Shown in pieces: positions 26,555 through 34,281 of a DNA stretch of 35,610 nt. Every line of letters begins with the position of its first letter. The stretch's first letter is position 1. The notes below the pieces were generated by a model. The model was not told the DNA's origin, searched no databases, and saw only the letters and a list, made by a program, of their open reading frames with translations. This DNA is from a virus. Its lineage: Duplodnaviria > Caudoviricetes. A program made the translations under genes and the position numbers. The stretch lies in IMG/VR virus record IMGVR_UViG_3300028586_000740, positions 1 through 35,610 of that record, one strand, 5' to 3'.

Positions 26555-29247
26555 TGAGAGACGACCTGCGTCACGACGTACTGCACCGCATCCAGTCCGA
26601 CTTCGGATTGAAGCATCGCGCCCCGACCAAATACATGCGCGGCGGCACTTGCCCGAAGTGCAACAAGAAGGAGCTTTACACGCGCTTTGACAGCCCGTGG
26701 CAGCTGATCTGCGGCAGGCAGGAAAAGTGTGGCCATACCCTGCACGTAAAAGAGCTTTACGACGACCTGTTCGAAGACTGGAGCAAACGCGCACCGGCTA
26801 CCGAGAATGCGCCGACTGCGACCGCAAGGGCCTACATGGAGTTTGCACGCAGCTTCGACATATCGCTGATCGCTGGCTGGTTCACGCAGGAAACCTATTT
26901 TTCGTCACACCATGACGCCGGTAGCGCCACAGTGCGTTTTGCGCTGGAGAAAGGCGGCTATTGGGAACGGCTGATAGATCGCCCTGCCCGGTTCGGCAAG
27001 ATGAAGGCGCGGTTCAAACCAGGTGAAAGCTACAAGGGTGTCTGGTGGTGTCCGCCCTGCGTCGAGCTGCTGGACGTCAAAGAGCTCTGGATTGTCGAAG
27101 GGATCTTCGACGCCATCGCACTGGTGCATAACGGCGTGGCCGCCGTATCCGCAATGTCTTCCAATGCGTTCCCCGATGAGTCGTTGAAGCGCTTGGCCAA
27201 AGAGCGCGATGGGAAACTGCCGAAGCTGGTGTGGGCATTGGACAACGAGCCAGGCGCTCACGCATACACCAAGCGCTGGGTTCGCCAGGCGCGTGAGCTG
27301 GGCTTTGTCTGCGAAGCAGCTCAGATCCCCCAGCGTGACGGCCGCAAGGTCGACTGGAACGATCTGCACCAACGCTGGTGGGCCATCGATGAGGATGACA
27401 AGAAAGCAGAGCAGATCCAGAAAGACCTGACGGTTGCCAGACATCACGGCGCCCTGCTGATCGCTGACAACGCAACGGAAAAAGCATTGGTGCTTTTCGA
27501 CTGGAAGCGCCGTAGCGAATTCCACTTGGAGTTCGGCAACCGCCTCTACTGGTTCAAGCTCGATCTGGAGAAATTCAACCGGGCGATGCAGGACCTTGAG
27601 GACAGCGAGCACCAGGACGACCAACTGCTGAATGACAAGCAGCGTCGGGCCAAGGCTATGCAGCAGTGCGGCGCGATTCAGCGGATCGCAACCTGCAACC
27701 CCAAGGCCCTGTACTACCAGGAGAACAAGCTGACCGACGAGTCCTGGTATTACTTTCGGATCACGTTTGCCCACGACGCCGCGCCCATCAAGAACACGTT
27801 TACCAGCTCGCAGATCGCCTCATCCGCCGAGTTCAAGAAACGACTGCTCGGGATCGCACCCGGCGGGATGTTCACTGGCAGCACGCAGCAACTGGACGCG
27901 TTTATTGAAGAGCAGACAAACGCGCTCAAGACGGTGCAGACCATCGACTTCACCGGCTACACCCGCGAACACGGTGCCTACGTTTACGGCGACGTGGCTG
28001 TGCGCGACGGCAAGGTCTACGAACTGAACGAGGAAGACTTTTTCGACATGGAGAAACTGAGCATTAAAACGCTCAGCCAGTCCGTCACGCTGAACATCAA
28101 CACCGACCTGAACAAGTTCACCACGCGCTGGCTCGACATTCTGTGGCAGTGCTTCGGGGCCAAGGGCATCGTCGTTCTGGCGTACTGGCTGGGGGCCTTA
28201 TTCGCGGAGCAGATCCGGCAGCACCAGAAAAGCTATCTGTTCCTGGAAGTGGTCGGCGAAGCCGGTGCGGGTAAGTCCACACTGATCGAGTTCCTGTGGA
28301 AGCTGCTCGGTCGTCTCGACTACGAAGGCTTCGACCCGTCCAAAGGCACGCCCGTTGCCCGCGCCCGTAACTTCGCCCAGGTCGGCAACCTTCCCGTCGT
28401 GCTGATCGAGTCCGAACGGGAAAAGACCGACGGCAGCGCGACAAAGCAGTACGACTGGGACGAGCTGAAAACCGCTTACAACGGTCGTAGCGTCCGCTCG
28501 ACCGGCGTCAAGAACAACGGTAACGACACGCGAGAACCCCCGTTCCGCGGTGCTTTTGTATTTGCGCAGAACCATGCCGTCAACGCTTCGGAACCCATCC
28601 TGCAGCGGATCGCCCACGTTGGCATGACCAAGGACGGCCAGACCGCCAAAACCAAACTGCTGGTGGAAGAGCTCGAGCAGATGCCCGTCGACAAGGTGAG
28701 CGGCTTTCTGTTGATGGCTACAACTCGGGAAGCGCAGGTGATGCAAACCGTGAAAGCGGGTGTGCCGATCTACGAACAGCGGCTGCTGCAGCTGCCCGAG
28801 ATCCGCACGGTGCGTATCGCCAAGAACCACGCCCAGTTACACGCGCTGGTCGACGCGCTGGTGCATGTCGTCCCGCTGCAGCAGCACCAGGTCGATGCCG
28901 CCCATGCCGAGGTACAAAGCATGGCCAAAGAGCGACAGCTGGCAATCAATGCCGATCACCCGATGGTCGTTGAGTTTTGGGAGCTCTACGAATACCTCAA
29001 CAGCCATGCCGGCGCGCTGAATCATTCCCGCAATGAGGGGCTGATCGCCGTCAACTTGAACGACTTTGCCGAAGCGGCCGCGAACAGACGGCAGAAAGTA
29101 CCGGACCTGGCCGAGCTCAAGCGCCACCTGAAAACCAGCAAATGCCCGAAGTTCATCGAGACGAACCGCAACGTCTGTTCGTCGTGGGACATCGACGCCG
29201 CCGATAAACCGAAAACCGTCCGGTGCTGGATCTTCCAGGCCGCTTGA
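26554..29247 (+). CDS. Zn-finger-TOPRIM primase/helicase (P4 alpha-like replication protein)
   Basis: CPKC...CGRQEKC; TOPRIM IVEGIFDA and LDNE; Walker A GEAGAGKST. Confidence 0.92.
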   Translation: MRDDLRHDVLHRIQSDFGLKHRAPTKYMRGGTCPKCNKKELYTRFDSPWQLICGRQEKCGHTLHVKELYDDLFEDWSKRAPATENAPTATARAYMEFARSFDISLIAGWFTQETYFSSHHDAGSATVRFALEKGGYWERLIDRPARFGKMKARFKPGESYKGVWWCPPCVELLDVKELWIVEGIFDAIALVHNGVAAVSAMSSNAFPDESLKRLAKERDGKLPKLVWALDNEPGAHAYTKRWVRQARELGFVCEAAQIPQRDGRKVDWNDLHQRWWAIDEDDKKAEQIQKDLTVARHHGALLIADNATEKALVLFDWKRRSEFHLEFGNRLYWFKLDLEKFNRAMQDLEDSEHQDDQLLNDKQRRAKAMQQCGAIQRIATCNPKALYYQENKLTDESWYYFRITFAHDAAPIKNTFTSSQIASSAEFKKRLLGIAPGGMFTGSTQQLDAFIEEQTNALKTVQTIDFTGYTREHGAYVYGDVAVRDGKVYELNEEDFFDMEKLSIKTLSQSVTLNINTDLNKFTTRWLDILWQCFGAKGIVVLAYWLGALFAEQIRQHQKSYLFLEVVGEAGAGKSTLIEFLWKLLGRLDYEGFDPSKGTPVARARNFAQVGNLPVVLIESEREKTDGSATKQYDWDELKTAYNGRSVRSTGVKNNGNDTREPPFRGAFVFAQNHAVNASEPILQRIAHVGMTKDGQTAKTKLLVEELEQMPVDKVSGFLLMATTREAQVMQTVKAGVPIYEQRLLQLPEIRTVRIAKNHAQLHALVDALVHVVPLQQHQVDAAHAEVQSMAKERQLAINADHPMVVEFWELYEYLNSHAGALNHSRNEGLIAVNLNDFAEAAANRRQKVPDLAELKRHLKTSKCPKFIETNRNVCSSWDIDAADKPKTVRCWIFQAA

Positions 29248-29267
29248 TCACCACCAAGGAGCGAGCG

Positions 29268-29570
29268 ATGCAGATTCAAGTGATGTGTGACGCCAGCATC
29301 AACGAAGCAGAGGACGCCGTTGGCTTGGTACTGGCCGGGCTTAAGCGAACAGAGCATGGCTATCCATTGATCCATGCGGATGCATACGCCGTCGGGGGGC
29401 TACTAGGAATTCTGGATGTGCGCGCTGCTCGCGGTGAGCTGGAACTGATGGTGCTGCAGTGCAGCCGTGAGCAGATCCAGGCGGTGCTGGAGTGGCAGTC
29501 CGAGACGGAAGACTCGCTGGTTCTGGAAAACCTGGTGATTCACCTGGTGCGCAAGGATCCGACCGAATAA
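29268..29570 (+). CDS. Hypothetical protein
   Basis: AAGGAG RBS; 100 aa. Confidence 0.7.
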   Translation: MQIQVMCDASINEAEDAVGLVLAGLKRTEHGYPLIHADAYAVGGLLGILDVRAARGELELMVLQCSREQIQAVLEWQSETEDSLVLENLVIHLVRKDPTE

Positions 29571-29650
29571 ACGCCGGCTTGTCCGGTTTTGAAAAGGGTG
29601 CCGAGGAGTTCGTACCTCCCCGGACACCCATCACTGAAAGGAGCGGCATC

Positions 29651-29917
29651 ATGCAAACACAACAACTTATCAGCGGCAGCCAAAAGGCTACCACACGCAG
29701 CGATCTGCGTATCTGTCCTCGCTTCAAACCCAGCCGCCGGGCAGTGGCCACCGCGTTCATCGGTGCAGCCTTGATCGGCTACCAGATCCACAAGACGCCT
29801 GACGCGCGTGGTCGACTCGAACAATTGGCCAACCTGGCGCACACCCAGGGCGATCTGACCGCCAGCGATGTCTTGCTCATCGCTCAGGTACTCGCCCGTC
29901 CCACCGTCAGTAATTGA
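29651..29917 (+). CDS. Hypothetical protein
   Basis: AAAGGAG RBS; 88 aa with a hydrophobic stretch. Confidence 0.65.
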   Translation: MQTQQLISGSQKATTRSDLRICPRFKPSRRAVATAFIGAALIGYQIHKTPDARGRLEQLANLAHTQGDLTASDVLLIAQVLARPTVSN

Positions 29918-29994
29918 ACCTTTAGGTTCTGGCTTTTAGCACCAGGGCGAAGCGATACACTTCCCCTGGTGCTGCTTCCTCGCAGAGAGCAAAC

Positions 29995-30207
29995 ATGAAT
30001 TCCCCAACCAGCAACGTCCTCACTTTTGAGGACCTGCAGCGCATCACCGGCTACCAGCGCCGCTCCGACGTCGAACGCTCGCTGATCACCCAGGGCATCC
30101 GCATGTTCCGAGGCCGCACCGGCCCCTGGACAACCCTGGACCTCATCCATCATGCGGCGGGCATCGAGTCCGTCACCTCTGAGCGCTACGACACCAACAT
30201 CCTATGA
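29995..30207 (+). CDS. DUF4224-like protein (candidate excisionase)
   Basis: LTFEDLQRITGYQR...GI...GP motif; ATGA overlap with the integrase. Confidence 0.75.
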   Translation: MNSPTSNVLTFEDLQRITGYQRRSDVERSLITQGIRMFRGRTGPWTTLDLIHHAAGIESVTSERYDTNIL

Positions 30208-31352
30208 GGAAAGCGCGTAAGCGGAAGCATAATCCGCACATCCCTCCGCACATCGATCAGGCCGCCCTTCCAGCGGCCATCTATTTCGATCATCGCAACG
30301 CCGGCGTCTGGTACACGCTGCATTACGACGAGACCGGCAAACAGCGTCGGCGCAACGTGGCACCCGCTGATGTAACCCTGGCCGAGCTGCATCAGATTAT
30401 GGAGCAGACCTCGGGCGTTGATCAGGGCACTTTGCGTTACGTGTGCGCCCAGTTCCACCAGAGTGATCGTTACCAGAAACTCAGCCTCAAGACGCACGAT
30501 GACTACTGTTATTCGCGGGACGTGCTGCTGGGCATCCCGACCCGATTGGGCAAACCGCTGGGGGATCTGCTGGTAAAGAAATTCACGGCGGCATTGATCC
30601 AGCGGATTGTCGATCGCCTAGCCGACGAGGGCACACCGTCCAAAGCGGCACATGTCCTGCGCTACCTGCGTCGGGTGCTGCAATGGGGTCGCAACCGGGG
30701 TTACCTCGACAGCAACCCGGCACAGGGTATTGAAGCGCCGGTGGAGCGCAAGCGCCGGCGCTTGCCGGAGCATCGAATTATGGAAGCGCTGGTCGACCGC
30801 GCCCTGGCGTTCGGTCGGCTGGCCCGGAACGAAAAAGGCGGCTGTCCGGAGTACCTAAGCTACGTCATGGAGATCGGCTACCTATGCCGCTTGCGGGGCA
30901 TTGAGACCATTACCCTGACCGATGCGCACGAGCTGGCCGACGGGGTCATGACCAACCGGCGCAAAGGCAGCCGCGACAATATCGTGCGCTGGACACCACG
31001 TCTGCGCGCCGCCTGGGACGGGGCAAAAGCCTATCGGGCGAAGGTGTGGGCCAGCAAGTCCACCGTGGTGCCGATGCGTCCCGATCGGCGCTACCTCATC
31101 GTGGCCAGCCACGGTGGTCCCCTGCGTAAATCCAGCCTGGACACCGCCTGGCAACGATTCATCACCTCGGCCATTGAGGACGGCACCCTCATGGCCGAAC
31201 AGCGCTTCGGCCTGCATGACCTCAAGCGGCGCGGTATTACGGATACAGCAGGCACGCGGGCAGATAAGCAAGAGGCCAGCGGCCACCGGGACGGGGCCAT
31301 GATGGACGTTTACGACCTCAGCGTGCCCATGGTCAATGCTTCACGGACATAG
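30204..31352 (+). CDS. int: Tyrosine recombinase/integrase
   Basis: Catalytic set R (CRLR), K (RRKGS), HDLKR, SGH and Y (DVY); NPAQGI. Confidence 0.92.
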   Translation: MRKARKRKHNPHIPPHIDQAALPAAIYFDHRNAGVWYTLHYDETGKQRRRNVAPADVTLAELHQIMEQTSGVDQGTLRYVCAQFHQSDRYQKLSLKTHDDYCYSRDVLLGIPTRLGKPLGDLLVKKFTAALIQRIVDRLADEGTPSKAAHVLRYLRRVLQWGRNRGYLDSNPAQGIEAPVERKRRRLPEHRIMEALVDRALAFGRLARNEKGGCPEYLSYVMEIGYLCRLRGIETITLTDAHELADGVMTNRRKGSRDNIVRWTPRLRAAWDGAKAYRAKVWASKSTVVPMRPDRRYLIVASHGGPLRKSSLDTAWQRFITSAIEDGTLMAEQRFGLHDLKRRGITDTAGTRADKQEASGHRDGAMMDVYDLSVPMVNASRT

Positions 31353-31446
31353 TGATGTAAGGCTCTGACGAAGCCTGAGGCGTTGAACCAAGACCGTGCT
31401 CAGTGGTAGGCCACTCCCATACCTTCTGGAGTCCAGCAGACGCAAA

Positions 31447-31468
31447 AAAGCCCACCAAGGTGGGCTTT
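31447..31468. terminator. Rho-independent terminator, probably bidirectional, between convergent genes
   Basis: AAAGCCCACC-AA-GGTGGGCTTT preceded by an A-tract (the U-tract on the minus strand). Confidence 0.75.
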
Positions 31469-31512
31469 GCTGTGGGGGCCGATTGAACATAGGACGCGTT
31501 ATCGGAACCGGG

Positions 31513-31770
31513 TCACTCCGGCGCGGCCTCCGTGCCTTTGCCGCTTGGCAGCTCGGCTTTGGCCCGCTCGACTATCGCGTCGTAGTCAGCGCGTGTGATC
31601 AACCCGGAGAGCATCAGCGCACCCGCCAAGCCCAAGGCAGCGCCATATTGCGCGAACGCACTGGGCGAGCTGCTGATCGACGTTATGGTGGTCTCCAGTA
31701 CAGCCGTCACCCGCTGCTTGACCAACTCAGGCGACGGGACGGAACTCGGCAATTCGTTATCGGCAATCAT
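31513..31770 (-). CDS. Hypothetical small protein
   Basis: 85-aa helical ORF ending just before the terminator. Confidence 0.6.
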   Translation of the reverse strand: MIADNELPSSVPSPELVKQRVTAVLETTITSISSSPSAFAQYGAALGLAGALMLSGLITRADYDAIVERAKAELPSGKGTEAAPE

Positions 31771-31811
31771 CGTCGGAATCCATTCTGTTCGTTATTGGTA
31801 ACGCAGCGTGC

Positions 31812-32060
31812 TTATCCCTTCGCCCAGTCGTACACCGGCTTTTCGTACACAAGCAGATGACCACGCTCGGAAATCAACTCATCACCATGACGCACGCAAT
31901 TTGCTTTCAGCTCGTCCACCGTCACGCCGTAAAACTCGGCCACAGCTTCACAACGCCCAGCAGGGGTGCCGCCACCGTCCCGCAGGTTCAAAAACATCAT
32001 CTGGTAAAGCGGCACACCTTCAAACTGATTTTTGGGCGCTTCCATTTCCATATCACTCAT
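31812..32060 (-). CDS. Hypothetical small protein
   Basis: AGGAG RBS before ATG 32060; AVAEFYGVTVDELK is HTH-like. Confidence 0.65.
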   Translation of the reverse strand: MSDMEMEAPKNQFEGVPLYQMMFLNLRDGGGTPAGRCEAVAEFYGVTVDELKANCVRHGDELISERGHLLVYEKPVYDWAKG

Positions 32061-32151
32061 ACAGGCTCCTTTTGCGGCTATGGCCGCTCCGAAATGGCGC
32101 GGCGGGGTTCCTTTCTTTTCGTTATGGGGACGTTTTAATGCACGGTGAAGC

Positions 32152-32370
32152 TTACACCTCCAGCCCAACGATTCGGGCCTGAGCCAAACTGATAGCAGCG
32201 GCTACTTCATCGATATCGCGGCGATCCATGAACCGGATTTTGCTGTCTTCCTGCGCAAGCAATTCGTTTGCGCCGTAGTACAGATCATCAAAACTTACAC
32301 CCTTTGCATTAGCGGCCGCCATGACGGCGACTAGGGCCTGCTTATACAGCGTCGAGGTATCTTCAGACAT
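32152..32370 (-). CDS. Hypothetical small protein
   Basis: AAGGAA RBS before ATG 32370; 72 aa. Confidence 0.65.
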   Translation of the reverse strand: MSEDTSTLYKQALVAVMAAANAKGVSFDDLYYGANELLAQEDSKIRFMDRRDIDEVAAAISLAQARIVGLEV

Positions 32371-32752
32371 TAGAATTCCTTGATGGTGGTGTTGGCTTAT
32401 TGTTAGCACAGTCATCGACTGTGCGGGACTTCTTTCGTGACGGGTAACGCGACGGTCACTCGCTCGCTTCGGCGCTACGGACTTCATCGCGCAATCCGTC
32501 AAGCCACTTAATGGCGCACGACGCGATGCTTGAGCGATGCAGCCCACCTTTGGGAAGGCCTTTCCTATCCCTCAGCATTGTGCATACGGTATGGGTATCC
32601 ATCCAGACCATCCGTCGAGAACGTCAACTGAACACGGTCGTCGGATTTAGCAGAAGAAAAGAACAGATTGATGAGTAAGTGACGATAAGCAGTATGAGGA
32701 CTAAGTCTGAGGGGCTCTTGACGAAGGCGCCAACAAAAACCAAGGAAGCTTT

Positions 32753-32959
32753 ATGCACTGGATACTGGCTCTGACACTGATAAACAGCGGTACATCGGCG
32801 CTTATGGGTAGCTACGATAGCGAGGAAGCATGCAAAAAAGCTCTTAAAACTCTGTGGGCAGTTGAACCGAGGCAACCTATCAGCATGGGATGTGTGAGAG
32901 AAGACAGCCCAATACTCAAGATTTTTGGAGAGCCTTCAGTAATCAATCCTGATACCTGA
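32753..32959 (+). CDS. Hypothetical small protein with two Cys
   Basis: AAGGAAG RBS; MHWILALTL...YDSEEACKKA...GCV. Confidence 0.6.
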   Translation: MHWILALTLINSGTSALMGSYDSEEACKKALKTLWAVEPRQPISMGCVREDSPILKIFGEPSVINPDT

Positions 32960-33066
32960 GTCGGTGGTAAACCTCGGGCCAGACCTCATTTTCGCCACGT
33001 AATAGACGCCTAGCACATCATGCAGGGTAGGGCTTCTACGAGAACACCACGTAACAGGAAAAGCTG

Positions 33067-33079
33067 TAACCTATTGATT
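33067..33079 (-). promoter_or_regulatory. IHF site in the att arm
   Basis: The minus strand reads AATCAAtaggTTA, an exact fit to WATCAANNNNTTR, 20 bp from the att core. Confidence 0.7.
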
Positions 33080-33099
33080 TATATGCTTAAAGCATCTTC

Positions 33100-33144
33100 C
33101 TTGTAATCAGTAGGTCCCGGGTTCGACTCCTGGTGCCGGCACCA
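33100..33144 (+). repeat. att core: 3' 45 bp of tRNA-Thr(UGU), not a complete tRNA
   Basis: CTTGTAATCAGTAGGTCCCGGGTTCGACTCCTGGTGCCGGCACCA contains the anticodon loop, T-arm and CCA; the acceptor 5' strand and D-arm are absent. Confidence 0.92.
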
Positions 33145-33185
33145 TACAAGGTTCCAGAGAAGGCTTTCAAAATCTCTGAAACCCC

Positions 33186-33220
33186 CGAAAAACCCGCACT
33201 CTGGCGGGTTTTTTCGTTTT
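33186..33220 (+). terminator. Terminator downstream of the tRNA 3' end
   Basis: AAAAACCCGC-actctg-GCGGGTTTTTT. Confidence 0.75.
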
Positions 33221-33316
33221 GGCGTTCCGTCGGATTCCGCCAAAATCTTATGAATACCAGCCGTTTTAAGGATAAAGATAGGGGTAAGGTCATTCGATAA
33301 AGGGAGGAGTACCCTT

Positions 33317-34198
33317 ATGTCGCGCACCACTGCCCCACTCTCCGATTCGGCTTGCCGCTCAGCCAAGCCCACCGACCGCGCCTACAAGCTTTTCGACGGC
33401 GACGGCCTCTACCTTCTAGTCCAACCCAATGGCCGTAAAGGCTGGCGTTTCAGGTATGTAAAACCTGATGGTCGTGAAGGACTGACTTCCTTCGGCAACT
33501 ACCCCGTGGTCGGCCTCGCCGATGCGCGCAAGAAGCGCCTGGAGGTCAAGCGGATGCTGGCGGAAGGCATCGACCCCATCGAGTCCAAACACCAAGCCAA
33601 GCCACAATCCGAGGCCGAACCTTTGAGAGCGCAGCCTTGGGCTGGCACAAAGCGATGTCTGCCAAATGGGGCACCGGGCCACGCCAAGACAGTTCTGAGC
33701 CGCCTAAAAACCCACGTCTTCCCGCTGATCGGCGCTCGCTCCATTGTCGATCTGGACACCCATGACCTGATGCAACCTCTGGAAGCGATCCAGAAGCGCG
33801 GCACGATTGACGTCGCTTTAAGGGTACAAAACTACCTGCAAAGCATCATGCGCGAGGCAAAGCGTTCTCGGCAGATCACCGTAAACCCTGCCTATGACCC
33901 TGAAGGCTTGATCAAAGCCCCGAGAGTGGTTCATCGCCCCGCTCTACCCTTATCGCGCCTGCCTGAATTGCAGGAGCGTATAGACACCTACAAAGGCCGC
34001 GCACTTACCCGTCTGACGGTCATGCTCTCGCTGCATGTGTTCGTACGCTCCAGCGAACTGCGCTTCGCCCAATCCACCCATGGAATTACGGAAATCAAAA
34101 TCACGCTTTTGCATAAACACCAAGCGTGCAAAGCAAGGCTGGCTCATCCGAAGTTAAATTATGGTCTGCTTGAATCGAGAAGTAACCAGTTATGGTAG
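33317..34198 (+). pseudogene. Truncated P4-family integrase with an arm-binding domain
   Basis: YKLFDGDGLYLLV...GNYPVVGLADAR; similarity ends at RSSELRFA (about 34069), so HxxR and the catalytic Tyr are missing; an internal segment is out of frame. Confidence 0.88.
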
Positions 34199-34281
34199 AG
34201 ACGCTCAGATCACTCCAGGTACAACTTCGAAAAGCCTAGCTACAAAAACTAGGCTCGATGGAGTAATTCTATACTAAAGTG

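Larger units (their letters stand above)
1..33144. mobile_element. HP1/K139-type P2-like prophage integrated at tRNA-Thr(UGU); left boundary outside the window
   Basis: Full set of P2-like head, tail, lysis, immunity, replication and integrase genes in HP1-like order (lysis cassette between tail tube and tape measure), ending at a tRNA 3' fragment. Including 1-1903 in the prophage is an inference, because no attL is visible. Confidence 0.93.

Noticed and set aside
32096-32107. GGCGCGGCGGGG as a cos site
   Set aside because: It resembles the first 12 nt of P2/186 cohesive ends, but the following AAAGCA is absent and short GC-rich matches arise by chance. cos remains unlocated and may lie outside the window.
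33100-33144. A functional tRNA-Thr gene
   Set aside because: Only the 3' half is present; the upstream sequence cannot form the D-arm or the 5' acceptor strand.
33079-33372. Minus-strand ORFs across the tRNA fragment
   Set aside because: Typical spurious translations of tRNA antisense sequence (WCRHQESNPGPTDYK).
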